DNA of 64,000 bases from Candidatus Woykebacteria bacterium (GCA_040876345.1 JBBDPM010000006.1:70803-134802); one strand, 5' to 3'; counted from the first letter of the stretch, positions 1 to 10,070 are shown. Notes: generated from the letters alone by a model not told the origin. Translations and numbers: made by a program.

Positions 1-541
1 TCCTGTTGTTGTTGGTCATGACGCCTCTCTCGCTTGTCTTGCGGAATATACTTATGGGGAGCAAAAAAACAAAGATCCCCTTCTTTACATAACCGTTAGT
101 ACGGGTATTGGACTCGGAGTCGTTGAAGATGGAAAACTGCGCCACGGACTTTATTATCCCCACGCTGGGCACCAATTTTTAGGAGAAGGTGAAATAAAGT
201 GCTGGTGTGGTCAAGATTCTGACTTAGAAGCAAGCGTATCGGGCTGGTCCTTAAGAGAAAAAACTGGTAAAGCTCCAAGAGAAGTGGAAGGAACCCCTGT
301 TTGGTATAAAGCCATGGATATTCTTTCGAAAGGCATTTGTAACTTCATAATGAGTTACTCACCAGAAGTAGTTGTGATCGGTGGGGGAATGACAAATCAC
401 GGAGACATTTTTTTTAAACCGGTAAAAGAGGGAGTAAATAAATATTTAAAGATACTTCCGGTACCACCAATCCATCCAGCATCTTTGGAGGAACCAGGAA
501 TAGTAGGAGCACTTGAACTAGCAGAACAATCTCTGAATTGA
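1..541 (+). CDS. ROK family sugar kinase/regulator (5' partial)
   Basis: Frame open from base 2: PVVVGHDASLACLAEY..YITVSTGIGLG..HAGH..CWCG..LEASVSG..PEVVVIGGG, the ROK motifs. Confidence 0.85.
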   Translation, partial: PVVVGHDASLACLAEYTYGEQKNKDPLLYITVSTGIGLGVVEDGKLRHGLYYPHAGHQFLGEGEIKCWCGQDSDLEASVSGWSLREKTGKAPREVEGTPVWYKAMDILSKGICNFIMSYSPEVVVIGGGMTNHGDIFFKPVKEGVNKYLKILPVPPIHPASLEEPGIVGALELAEQSLN

Positions 542-749
542 GGACAAAAGTACAGCTCACCTTGCTATCCAAATGTTGCCACCTGAAAACTCATGCGAGC
601 TTTCACAGAAGATGAACTGCCACTTCTTTTTACCCCTTTAAAACACCAACCGTCAACAAACAAGCAATAAAAGGAAGTTTTTTGATATTTTTGGGTCGTT
701 AAATTTATCAATATTGAAATTGGTATGCATAAGGTATATCATTTACTCG

Positions 750-1451
750 ATGCTAGAAAAAGAAGTTAGTGAGTCTTCTATAGTTGAATCCCCATACAGA
801 ATTTCTTGGAAAAGAATTGGTAAATTCGTAATACCCATATTGCTCTTAGCACTGGCATTTGCCATTTGGTTTATGTATTTTTATATCCCACCAAAACTTG
901 AACCAACTGATCCCCAGACCCCAACCCCAGACTTTGAACAAGCAACAGAGTCCGCCAAACCCGCAACTGGCTCTGCCAAAAAAGACGAAACAGCGGGTTG
1001 GGAAATTATAGTGAGTAAAAAGCAAGGCTTTTCTTTTAAATATCCTAAAGACCGTGTGTTAGCTGAAGTAGACGATGAAGGTAATGTGGGACTTGCTACC
1101 TCGCAAAAACTGCTAAAACAACAAGGTGGACCTCCAATGGGAACGTTAAATAGAAAAACTTCTGAAGTAAATAGCGGAAAAGAGGCTTTTGATGCAGAAA
1201 TTAACATTGCCGGGGATGTGGAATTCGAGGAGGTAACAATGAATAACGCTACTGGAGTTTGCGCTGTTGAAGAGGATAAATATAAACAAATGTTGGCTGA
1301 TTGCTATTTCAGTTCCGCAGATGGGAGTAAGATTGTTAGAATAGTGATAAACACCAGTAGAGGTGATAGCCCAACTGAGGAAGAAAAGAAAGCTGAGATC
1401 GAAGACTTTAAACTTTATAAAAAAATCCTCTCAACCCTCAAGTTCGACTAA
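750..1451 (+). CDS. Membrane-anchored PsbP-like surface protein (paralog 1)
   Basis: N-terminal TM, P/T/S linker, W..GFSFKYP and C-terminal ILSTLKFD; start moved to ATG 750. Confidence 0.6.
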   Translation: MLEKEVSESSIVESPYRISWKRIGKFVIPILLLALAFAIWFMYFYIPPKLEPTDPQTPTPDFEQATESAKPATGSAKKDETAGWEIIVSKKQGFSFKYPKDRVLAEVDDEGNVGLATSQKLLKQQGGPPMGTLNRKTSEVNSGKEAFDAEINIAGDVEFEEVTMNNATGVCAVEEDKYKQMLADCYFSSADGSKIVRIVINTSRGDSPTEEEKKAEIEDFKLYKKILSTLKFD

Positions 1452-1522
1452 AGATCACTGCAAGCAAATTCCTGGATTAACTTCACCTTCCCTTTTACAC
1501 TGTTTTTAATTACAATGTAGCT

Positions 1523-2263
1523 ATGTCGGAAGAGCGGACTGTAAATGTCAGATATCCTCAGAAAAGAAAACCGCTGAAGATAAAACCAGCTTTTGCAATT
1601 GTCGTTTTAATCATTGTTCTCGCTTTAGTCTGGTTAATTTTCTTAAAACCAACACCTAAGGAGGAGTCAAAACCTGACGAGCAAAATCAGGAAGAAGCAA
1701 CGGAAAGTGCCAAGCGGGAAGTGGCAACAAGCTCTGCCTCCACAAAGCTCTCTACTTCAGATTGGTTTAAATACGCCGATGTAGAGGAGACTTTTTCGGT
1801 CCTCGTACCTGAAAGGTGGTTCTACGATAAAACGGCGAGGGGGATACGTGATCAAGGTAAAGTTTTAGGAGGGGCTGCAAACTTTAACTTTGTTGAAAGA
1901 AAGTTTGATCCTGAAAAGAATTTTATAGTCTATTTTGAGCAAGACATCCTTTCGTCTGACATTTCCTTAGAAAACTACGCTGCTAGAATCGCTTGCTTAA
2001 GAACGGGTGGTGAAGACTGCGAAAATGCTACACCACCAAAAACACAAAAGAAGGTAAAAGTGACGGGCAAAGACGCAGTCTGGCAAGAAATTCACACGGA
2101 AGACGAAGGGGTTGGCATAGAAGCCTACATTCCAAAAAGTAATACTGAAATATATGTACTTTACACCCAAGGCGGAATTGAAGAATCAGACAATAGTTTT
2201 AAAGTAAAGCAAGAGCTCATAGATATTGTGGGAGCGATGCTTACCAGTTTTAAATTTTTATAG
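1523..2263 (+). CDS. Membrane-anchored PsbP-like surface protein (paralog 2)
   Basis: TM, ATESAK linker, WFKY..FSVLVP, ends MLTSFKFL. Confidence 0.55.
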   Translation: MSEERTVNVRYPQKRKPLKIKPAFAIVVLIIVLALVWLIFLKPTPKEESKPDEQNQEEATESAKREVATSSASTKLSTSDWFKYADVEETFSVLVPERWFYDKTARGIRDQGKVLGGAANFNFVERKFDPEKNFIVYFEQDILSSDISLENYAARIACLRTGGEDCENATPPKTQKKVKVTGKDAVWQEIHTEDEGVGIEAYIPKSNTEIYVLYTQGGIEESDNSFKVKQELIDIVGAMLTSFKFL

Positions 2264-2277
2264 TATAATCATTATCC

Positions 2278-2976
2278 ATGCCAACTCTACAAAACCAACA
2301 GTTACCTGCGTATCCAAATCAATCAACATCAGGAAAAGGAATTAACTGGGCAGCTGTCTCAGCTGTTTCTTCAATAATAATTTTTGTATTAATAATCGCG
2401 GTACTTGGATATTGGTGGTTAGTAATTCGTCCTGAAGTTGAATCCCAGCCACCAATCCAAGCGACCTCCACCAAACAAGCCTCACCATCCGCCAAACCCG
2501 CCACAAAATCTTCCGAGGTTGATGAGAAGGCGGACTGGAAAACTTATACAGACACTAAGACTGGATACACGTTAAAGTACCCTAAAGATTGGCTCTCTGG
2601 AACTTGCGAGGATAAATATCTTTTCTTGGCTCCAAGTAAAGATATTCTTGGAATATGTTCATCTGAATTTGGAGGTTTGATTAATATAACTTCTGGGGAA
2701 TCTGACTACAAAGATTATATTTCTCAATTTGACGATTTATCCTATTTTTATAATTCTTCTAAGAAGGAGATAACTATTTCTGGAAAAGATGCTATTAGAG
2801 TTTCAGGAAAATATAAGGAATCAAGTAATTATGTCCAAAAAGATGCTTTGAGAATTGAGTATGTTATTAATCAAGGAAAGGGAAAAATCCTAATTCTAAA
2901 TTATTACAGTAAACCACAATGGGGCGATTATTCAAAAGCCTTTGAAAAAATAGTCTCGACCTTCAGGTTCGACTAA
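2278..2976 (+). CDS. Membrane-anchored PsbP-like surface protein (paralog 3)
   Basis: TM, SAKPAT linker, WKTYTD..GYTLKYPKDW, ends IVSTFRFD. Confidence 0.6.
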   Translation: MPTLQNQQLPAYPNQSTSGKGINWAAVSAVSSIIIFVLIIAVLGYWWLVIRPEVESQPPIQATSTKQASPSAKPATKSSEVDEKADWKTYTDTKTGYTLKYPKDWLSGTCEDKYLFLAPSKDILGICSSEFGGLINITSGESDYKDYISQFDDLSYFYNSSKKEITISGKDAIRVSGKYKESSNYVQKDALRIEYVINQGKGKILILNYYSKPQWGDYSKAFEKIVSTFRFD

Positions 2977-3036
2977 CACTCGTTGGAAGCAAATTCCTCC
3001 TTGCCTCTTACATCCACCATCCTATATCTTATATTC

Positions 3037-3556
3037 ATGAAGGTCGCTGTTGGCTCGAAAAATCCAACTAAAATAAACTCTGTAGCAAGCCTTTGAAAAA
3101 GCTTTTGGAAAAATAGAAATTGTCTCCGTTAAAACAGACTCGGACGTGCGTGATCAACCTTTAAGCGACAAAGGATCAGTAAAAGGCGCGGCCAACAGAG
3201 CAAAGTCTGCGATGGGGAAAACCAAGGCGGATTTTGGAGTTGGCCTCGAAGGCGGAATTCAAGACCACGGTTTTGGTATATTCGAGTGTGGCTGGGAAGT
3301 TGTGCTCGATAAATCCGGAAAGAATGGAACAGGATCATCTGCAAAATTTGAAGTTCCTAAAAAAGTCTATACCGAAATAAAAAAAGGTAGAGAGCTAAAA
3401 GACATTTTCGATGAGCTCTCTGGTGTCGAAAATATCGGTGAAACAATTGGTGCTTTTGGAGTATTAACCAAAGGGGGCCTTAACCGAACTGACGCCTATG
3501 AGAACGCCGTTGCCTGTGCTCTGATGCCTTTTGTAGCTAGGGAATACTACAAATGA
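3037..3556 (+). pseudogene. yjjX: Inosine/xanthosine triphosphatase (YjjX/DUF84), frameshifted near 3085
   Basis: ATG 3037 gives MKVAVGSKNPTKINSV then TGA 3094; the rest (QAFEKAF..SDVRDQPL..GAANRA..VGLEGG) is in another frame. Confidence 0.85.
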
Positions 3557-3855
3557 TAATAATTTATACTACTTTTTCGGATAAAAAATCAGCAAAACTA
3601 ACTACTAGAAAAATTCTTGAGCAAAAATTGGCAAGCTGTGTTCAGATTTTTCCAATCGAAAGTGCTTACTGGTGGAAAGGGAAGATTGAGGAAGCAGCTG
3701 AAACCGCCGTCTTTATCAAAACTAAAAAATCTCTTCAAAAGAGAGTGACTGACTTCATCTCCAAAAACCATCCTTACGAAGTTCCAGAGATTGTCTCTAT
3801 TACTCCGGCCGACGTAAACAAACCATACTTTGACTGGATCGAAGATTCAGTATAA
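3553..3855 (+). CDS. cutA: Divalent-cation tolerance protein CutA
   Basis: LASCVQI, SAYWWKGKIE, HPYEVPEI motifs. Confidence 0.93.
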   Translation: MIIIYTTFSDKKSAKLTTRKILEQKLASCVQIFPIESAYWWKGKIEEAAETAVFIKTKKSLQKRVTDFISKNHPYEVPEIVSITPADVNKPYFDWIEDSV

Positions 3856-3877
3856 GATAGATATATAGACTGTCCAA

Positions 3878-4297
3878 ATGATTTTTCTTTTTATATTTCT
3901 AGACGTAACTTCAGTTCTTTTTGGTGTGTCACTTGGGGTACTAACCGGTGAAAAGCTTGGTGAAGAGCTGGTACCAAACATCCTTATTTTAGTTTTTGGG
4001 TTTTTCGCTGTCCGAACTCTTCTTTACTGGGTTTTGTTTAGATCGGTTGTCAACAGAGACATGCCTTGGAACAGAAATATCTTGCAGTCACTTTTTTTTC
4101 TGGCAATCCTGCCGCTTTTATTCTCAATTTTAGTGGCACTACCATCTGCACTCGTAAAACAAGGGTCCGGGATTTTCTCTGCCTTTCTTTTCTTCGCAAA
4201 TCTAAACGGATCAATTTTTTACTTTATTGTTGTGCCAGCGGTTGCCCTTGCAGCAAGCTTTGGAATCCACAAAATTTACAAAATTGAGAACTGGTGA
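3878..4297 (+). CDS. Hypothetical membrane protein (about 4 TM)
   Basis: 139-aa ORF with four hydrophobic segments. Confidence 0.6.
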   Translation: MIFLFIFLDVTSVLFGVSLGVLTGEKLGEELVPNILILVFGFFAVRTLLYWVLFRSVVNRDMPWNRNILQSLFFLAILPLLFSILVALPSALVKQGSGIFSAFLFFANLNGSIFYFIVVPAVALAASFGIHKIYKIENW

Positions 4298-4355
4298 AAG
4301 AGCCTAATGGGCGATTTGACAACAAAGTTTTTTTCTTGTAGTATAGGCCCCTGTC

Positions 4356-4904
4356 ATGTCACAAATTTTTTTCGAAAAGCAAAGTGCGCAAGGTCAAACC
4401 CCGACTCGTAAGCGAACCTTTATCACGATAACTGCCGTAATTTTGGGCCTTCTAGTTATAGTTGTGGCGGGATATTTCGTTCGTAAAGAGTCAAGTGTTA
4501 CCGGCAAACCAGAGCAAGCCGTCTCCAAAATGCAAGAAAAGGGAAAAGTCACCACGGTGGAAACGCAAAACGGTCCTATAAAAATTGAGGAAGGTAAAGT
4601 GGCTGATGCTTTCCCAAAAGACGTTGCGATTTATGCAAATGCGAAGGTGGAAACTTCAACTGAGGCTTTCGACGGAGTCTCTCTTAAATTAAAAACAGCC
4701 GACAATGCTGATAAGATTACCGGGTTCTACAAAGACAAACTTTCAGAAAATGGTTGGACGGAAGTGGCCATAAATAATATGGAGGGCTCTTCCTTAATTA
4801 CCGCTAAAAAAGAAGGTCGAGAGCTTGTTATCACCTCAATATCAGAAGAGTCTAGCTCTGACACGTCTATCGCAATAGTAATTTTAAATCCCCAAAAAAC
4901 TTAA
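4356..4904 (+). CDS. Hypothetical single-TM exported protein
   Basis: TM then FPKDVAIY..FYKDKLSENGW; TTGACA-N17-TAGTAT promoter at 4316-4344. Confidence 0.65.
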   Translation: MSQIFFEKQSAQGQTPTRKRTFITITAVILGLLVIVVAGYFVRKESSVTGKPEQAVSKMQEKGKVTTVETQNGPIKIEEGKVADAFPKDVAIYANAKVETSTEAFDGVSLKLKTADNADKITGFYKDKLSENGWTEVAINNMEGSSLITAKKEGRELVITSISEESSSDTSIAIVILNPQKT

Positions 4905-4956
4905 ACATTTTGACTTAAGGCCCTCTCAACAGCTAAAATAAATACAATGGCCCTTC

Positions 4957-5820
4957 ATGAAAATCCACAGTGTTGATCCAAAGATTTGTAAACAGGAGAT
5001 AGTTGGAATTTCGTATTCCGGCGGTGGAAATAGAGGTATAGTCCACATTGGAGCCTTAAGAGCTTTTTTGGAGAAGAAAATTATCCCAACTCACATAGCC
5101 GGAGTCTCGGCTGGTGCTTTTGTAGCCGCTTTTCACGCGTATGATCCTCATACATTTAATTCTTTTACTGATCTAAAAATTCTTTTCTCCTATGTAAACA
5201 AAGCTTTTATTGGCCTTTCCGTTCCCCAAATTCTAGGAAAGCTCATCACCCAAGGATTGGGCGCAAAGAGCCTAGGAGACTCAAAGAAAATAGAGGCAAT
5301 TTTAGAAAAAAGGCTCCCGTTTAGAACCTTTGCGGGTCTCAAAGTACCGTTATTTATTGGGGCAACAAACGTTGAGTCTGGTCAAGACACCTGGTTTACT
5401 GAGGGGGAAATTATCCCTGCCTTGCTTGCGTCTGGGGCTACACCGGGAATTTTTCCACCAGTAGAAATTGGCGGGGAAGTCTACATTGATGGGGGAGTAA
5501 CCGACAATTTACCCCTTTTTAGGCTTTCCAAAGAGGGCTGCGGGGTAATCTACGCCGTAAATGCCGGCTATTCTGGAGAGAACAAAAAACCACCAAAAAA
5601 TTTCTTGGAGGCAATTGTCGATGCACGTGACATTGCCCAATATCAGACGAGTCGCTACGAAATAGAGCTAATCAAATGTTTGTACCCTGGAATAAAAATC
5701 ATCCCAGTTGAACCAAGAGCCGGCCTCAAAATGACCCCCTACGACTTCACCCCAGAAAAGGCCGATGAAGTAATCGAAGAAAGTTACCAAAGGACAAAGG
5801 AGATTTTGGATAAAAATTAA
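4957..5820 (+). CDS. Patatin-like phospholipase
   Basis: SGGGNRG, GVSAG nucleophile elbow, DGG. Confidence 0.92.
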   Translation: MKIHSVDPKICKQEIVGISYSGGGNRGIVHIGALRAFLEKKIIPTHIAGVSAGAFVAAFHAYDPHTFNSFTDLKILFSYVNKAFIGLSVPQILGKLITQGLGAKSLGDSKKIEAILEKRLPFRTFAGLKVPLFIGATNVESGQDTWFTEGEIIPALLASGATPGIFPPVEIGGEVYIDGGVTDNLPLFRLSKEGCGVIYAVNAGYSGENKKPPKNFLEAIVDARDIAQYQTSRYEIELIKCLYPGIKIIPVEPRAGLKMTPYDFTPEKADEVIEESYQRTKEILDKN

Positions 5821-5845
5821 AATTAAAAAAAAGGAGGTGAGAATT

Positions 5846-5986
5846 ATGATGTTCTATGGTTATGACCAAATGGGCGGGAGTTATGGCTTACACTTATTTT
5901 TAGCCTGGGTGACCTGGATATTAGTAGTCGTCGCTCTAATACTACTTATTGTTTGGCTTTGGAAACAGATTAATAAAGAAAAGTAG
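5846..5986 (+). CDS. Small membrane protein (46 aa) upstream of copper ATPase; not in ORF track
   Basis: SD AAGGAGGTGA at 5831; MMFYGYDQMGGSYGLHLFLAWVTWILVVVALILLIVWLWKQINKEK. Confidence 0.75.
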   Translation: MMFYGYDQMGGSYGLHLFLAWVTWILVVVALILLIVWLWKQINKEK

Positions 5987-5997
5987 GAATTTATCTC

Positions 5998-8211
5998 ATG
6001 AAAAAATACACATGTCCGATGCACCCGGAAGTAAAATCTGACAAAGCCGGTAGCTGCCCAAAGTGTGGTATGAGATTGGAGCCCTATGAAAAAGAAACTT
6101 CAGATGGGAACCATACTGTCCATTCTGAGCACGAAATGAAACCAACTTTAGAAATGGGCTGGTGGGAAAAGTTCAAAATGAGCATGAGCATGACGATGGG
6201 GATGGAACATACCGGTCTGGCTGGAAGAGAGATGGCGAGACTTATGGAATTGGATATTCGCAATAAGTTTTTCTTTTCCTTGATTATAACAATCCCGATC
6301 ATTGCTTACTCACCAGTCGGTGAAAAAATACTAGGACTAAAACTACCAACCCCAATTCCGGCCACATGGTTATTACTTATCTTAACCACCCCAGTTTTCT
6401 TTTACGCTGGTTGGATATTCCTTTACTCCACCTACAAGGCTTTACAAAAAAGAACTTTGAATATGGCGGTTCTGATTGCCGTTGGGATAACCGCCGCTTA
6501 CGCCTTTAGTATTATCCTTACCTTAATCGGTAGTGAAGACTCTTTTTACGAAGCAGCGACGATGTTAATAACTTTTGTACTTTTTGGTCACTGGATGGAA
6601 ATGAAAAGTAGAAGAGGAACGACAGATGCCTTACAAGCCCTTTTTAATCTAGTTCCGCCGCAAGCTAGAGTAGTCCGAGACGGCAAAGAGCAGCTCGTTC
6701 CAACCTCCGAAGTTAAGTTAAACGACATCGTTGTCCTCAAACCCGGCGATAAAGTTCCGGTCGACGGTGAAATACTCGAAGGAGAAACCGCCATCGATGA
6801 ATCTTTAGTTACCGGAGAATCTATCGCCGTTGCAAAGAAAAAGGGGGATCAAGTGATAGGTGGCTCTATCAACACCTCTGGATCAGTTAATTTTAAAGCG
6901 ACCAAAGTTGGCGAAGACACAGCTCTTGCCCAAATTGTCAAAATGGTTGAGACTGCTCAAAACTCAAAAGCTCCTGGTCAGAGGTTAGCTGATAGGTTTG
7001 CCAAATACTTAGTTATCGTTGCAGTTGGTGGTGGTTTGTTGACTTTTTCAGTTTGGTTTTTTATTCTCGGTCAACCACTTCTTTTTGCTTTAACCTTTGC
7101 TATATCTACTGTAGTAATTGCTTGTCCGGATGCCTTAGGACTTGCAACTCCAACAGCCGTAGCAGTCGGAACCAGTCTTGGAGCCAAGCATAATATTTTA
7201 ATTAAAGATGCGCCCACTCTTGAGCAAGTGTCGAGGATTCAAGCGGCAGTACTGGATAAAACAGGCACTTTAACTGAAGGAAAACCAAAAATTACCGCGG
7301 TCGCGACCGTAGAGGGTTTTGATGAAAACGAAGCCCTAAAGTTAATTGGAGCAGCTGAGGCTAAATCTTCTCATCCATTAAGTAACGCCGTGTTGGAAGA
7401 ATTAAAGAATCGAAAACTGGAAATATCCGCAAAAGTTGGCCAATTTGAGAACTTATCAGGGCTCGGGGTAAGAGCGACGGTTGAGGGTAAAAATGTTTTG
7501 GTAGGTACGGTCAAATTGATGAGGGAAAACAAGATAGATTTACAAAAACTTGATCCAAAAATTGATAACCTTCTTTCAAAAGGTAATACAATAATGGTTC
7601 TGGCGGTTGATAGCAGGGCAGTTGCCGTACTTAGTGCAGCGGACCCAATCAAACCAAATGCCAAACGCGCGGTTGAACGGTTAAACAAACTAGGTATAGA
7701 GACAGCGATGATTACCGGTGACAATCAAAAAACAGCGGAAGCTGTAGCAAAACATATTGGTGTTGAAAGAGTTTTTTCTGAAGTTTTGCCAGAGGATAAG
7801 GCAAAATACGTTAAGAGACTTCAGGAGGAAGGTAAATTTGTGGCTATGGTTGGGGACGGTGTTAACGATGCACCGGCGCTTGCTCAAGCTGATATCGGCA
7901 TCGCTATCGGTGCTGGCACAGATGTGGCTATCGAAACAGCTAAAGTAGTCTTGATGAAGTCCGATCCAGCTGACGTTTTAAGAGCGATTCGACTGTCAAA
8001 AGCTACAGTAACTAAGATGAAACAAAATCTTTTCTGGGCTTCGATTTACAATTTACTGGCAATACCGGTTGCAGCCGGAATTCTTTACCCTAGCTTTGGC
8101 ATATCTCTTCGGCCCGAAGTCTCCGCTCTTCTTATGAGTGCTTCCTCCGTGATTGTTGCCACCAACGCTGTTCTTCTCAACAGAGCCGAAAAAGACTTGG
8201 TAGCAATTTAG
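5998..8211 (+). CDS. copA: Heavy-metal (copper) P1B-type ATPase
   Basis: YTCPMHP..CPKCGM, TGES, CPD, DKTGT, HP, GDGVNDAP, YN and MSASS. Confidence 0.92.
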   Translation: MKKYTCPMHPEVKSDKAGSCPKCGMRLEPYEKETSDGNHTVHSEHEMKPTLEMGWWEKFKMSMSMTMGMEHTGLAGREMARLMELDIRNKFFFSLIITIPIIAYSPVGEKILGLKLPTPIPATWLLLILTTPVFFYAGWIFLYSTYKALQKRTLNMAVLIAVGITAAYAFSIILTLIGSEDSFYEAATMLITFVLFGHWMEMKSRRGTTDALQALFNLVPPQARVVRDGKEQLVPTSEVKLNDIVVLKPGDKVPVDGEILEGETAIDESLVTGESIAVAKKKGDQVIGGSINTSGSVNFKATKVGEDTALAQIVKMVETAQNSKAPGQRLADRFAKYLVIVAVGGGLLTFSVWFFILGQPLLFALTFAISTVVIACPDALGLATPTAVAVGTSLGAKHNILIKDAPTLEQVSRIQAAVLDKTGTLTEGKPKITAVATVEGFDENEALKLIGAAEAKSSHPLSNAVLEELKNRKLEISAKVGQFENLSGLGVRATVEGKNVLVGTVKLMRENKIDLQKLDPKIDNLLSKGNTIMVLAVDSRAVAVLSAADPIKPNAKRAVERLNKLGIETAMITGDNQKTAEAVAKHIGVERVFSEVLPEDKAKYVKRLQEEGKFVAMVGDGVNDAPALAQADIGIAIGAGTDVAIETAKVVLMKSDPADVLRAIRLSKATVTKMKQNLFWASIYNLLAIPVAAGILYPSFGISLRPEVSALLMSASSVIVATNAVLLNRAEKDLVAI

Positions 8212-8224
8212 AATACCCCAATAA

Positions 8225-8253
8225 TTGACAGGAACAATCTATACTAATAAAAT
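8225..8253 (+). promoter_or_regulatory. Sigma70-type promoter of GC-rich islet
   Basis: TTGACA-N17-TAAAAT. Confidence 0.65.
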
Positions 8254-8304
8254 CAACCAAGCAACGATCGGCCTGGGCAATCGAAAAGGGAAAGGAGATC
8301 CTGC

Positions 8305-8433
8305 ATGACATTCCGACCTGAAGGAAGCTGGGTGAAAGCCGGGGCAGTAGTCTTGAGTGTAATCATCACGATTATGCTTGGGTTTCTCCTTGGCACTAAG
8401 CCCACTACCGAAGCGACAGGAGGTGACGGATGA
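8305..8433 (+). CDS. Small single-TM protein (42 aa); not in ORF track
   Basis: SD AAAGGAG at 8291; MTFRPEGSWVKAGAVVLSVIITIMLGFLLG..; ATGA overlap with next ORF. Confidence 0.65.
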   Translation: MTFRPEGSWVKAGAVVLSVIITIMLGFLLGTKPTTEATGGDG

Positions 8434-8765
8434 AGTCAACGTTTCGCACGGAGGGATTCTGGTCGTCCTTCGTCAATACATTCCTCATTGTGTCGGCGTT
8501 CGTTTGCGCTGTTGCAACCTTCATCCGATTCCTGATGGAGGATGAGCGCTCGACGTCGCGGGAGGTTCAGGAACAACGGGAAGATACCTGGGCTGAACAT
8601 GAGTACGTCTTCCACGGAGGCGCGGTAGGTGCAAGCCATAATGGGCAGCGAAAAACTGTCCTTCAGAGACCAACACACCATGATCCGCGCCAGCACGGAT
8701 TTCGTCGCGTACTACGCGGTAGACAGATCGTCGAACTTAATCCAACGGGAGGTGAGCTGAACTAG
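8430..8765 (+). CDS. Hypothetical single-TM protein
   Basis: SD AGGAGGTGA; N-terminus resembles that of the upstream mini-ORF. Confidence 0.55.
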   Translation: MKSTFRTEGFWSSFVNTFLIVSAFVCAVATFIRFLMEDERSTSREVQEQREDTWAEHEYVFHGGAVGASHNGQRKTVLQRPTHHDPRQHGFRRVLRGRQIVELNPTGGELN

Positions 8766-8789
8766 ACGGTTCCCATCAACCCACTAGAA

Positions 8790-8822
8790 CTCGCGGAGAC
8801 CAAAAATCTTCGCGAGGTTTTA
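8790..8822. terminator. Hairpin between convergent genes
   Basis: CTCGCGGAGA-ccaaaaa-TCTTCGCGAG then T run. Confidence 0.6.
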
Positions 8823-8826
8823 GAAC

Positions 8827-9972
8827 CTACTCAATCCTCAAACTTAAGAGATAACCTAAAATCACAACCGCAGCCGTTGCTAAGAAAGTGGTAGCCGGCC
8901 CCCAAACTTGGTAGAGCGAACCAACCACAATCGGGCTAACAAATCGAGAAAGGCTTCCAAATGAATTCAAAGTTCCTAAAGCCAAACCTTGATCCTTCGA
9001 CCTTTTAGAAATATACGAGTTGTTGGCCGGATTAATTAAAGCTGTTCCCACCGACATTATCGCCAAGACTCCGGCTGATAAAACTTCGCTAAATGCAAAC
9101 GCAACAAGAGCCATGGAGAGAAACATAAAAACAAGGCCGGCTCTCAACACCTTTGCCTCACCATATTTCTCGATAACCTTACCAACAATAAAGGCCTGTA
9201 TCAGGGCACTTACAAGCCCTGAAAAAGCGAATATGTAACCCACTTGTACTGGACCAAGGTTAAATCTTTCTAAGGCTAAAATTGGATAGGCAACTCCTAC
9301 AATTCCGAACGAAAGAAATGAGACTGAAGACATAAGATACATTGGTGCCAGCCTTGATTTCAGCGCCAGGAAAATACTTTCAAAAACAAACCCTTTAAAA
9401 AGATCGAGTTTTTTGGTTCTTTCTTTAATTGTCTCGGGAACCAAAAGGTAAACGAAAACAAGATTGGCAACGGCAATAGCAGCCGAGACGAAAAAAGGAA
9501 AGTGAATTGAAACCTGTGAAAGCACACCCCCGAAAGCAGGACCAGCCGCAATTGCAAGACTGAAAGAAGCAGCTAGTGTCGCCATAACATAGGCCCTTTC
9601 AGATTTGGTAGATATATCAGCACCAGCTGCCTGAGCTGCCGAAAATCCCGCCGCCGAGACAAGACCATGAATTAGTCTGATTAAAATTAGGTGCCAGTAA
9701 CTCTGGGCTAGTCCAAATAAAAAGAATGACAGAGCACTTCCCAAAAGCGAAAATAAGATTATTGGCTTGCGACCAATCCTGTCTGATATATCTCCCCATA
9801 GAGGGGAGAAAAGAAACTGCGTAAGCGGAAACGCCGCAAAAAGAATTGATATTTGAAGCGTGCTTGCTCCAAATTCTTTAGCGTAAAAAGGAAGCAGCGG
9901 AAAGACTATGGAAAAACCCAAGATAAGAGTGAAATTAGTTATAAATAGTAGCGGTAAAACTTGTTTTCGCAT
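8827..9972 (-). CDS. MFS transporter, TetA/DHA1-like
   Basis: Motif A GDISDRIGRKP, motif C GPAFGG, about 12 TM. Confidence 0.9.
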   Translation of the reverse strand: MRKQVLPLLFITNFTLILGFSIVFPLLPFYAKEFGASTLQISILFAAFPLTQFLFSPLWGDISDRIGRKPIILFSLLGSALSFFLFGLAQSYWHLILIRLIHGLVSAAGFSAAQAAGADISTKSERAYVMATLAASFSLAIAAGPAFGGVLSQVSIHFPFFVSAAIAVANLVFVYLLVPETIKERTKKLDLFKGFVFESIFLALKSRLAPMYLMSSVSFLSFGIVGVAYPILALERFNLGPVQVGYIFAFSGLVSALIQAFIVGKVIEKYGEAKVLRAGLVFMFLSMALVAFAFSEVLSAGVLAIMSVGTALINPANNSYISKRSKDQGLALGTLNSFGSLSRFVSPIVVGSLYQVWGPATTFLATAAVVILGYLLSLRIE

Positions 9973-10070
9973 GAAGATAAATTCTAACGAAAAATTCTGT
10001 TCTTGGAAAGCGGTAGCTTGTTTGTTGAAAACTTCTCACTTGACAACTAAAATCCCCCTATACTATAACT

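Noticed and set aside
2966-2974. GGTTCGACT match to the tRNA-Leu T-loop as an att site
   Set aside because: Only 9 bp, explained by the RFD* codons
750-2976. Diversity-generating retroelement targeting the surface paralogs
   Set aside because: No reverse transcriptase or adenine-specific TR/VR pair seen in the window
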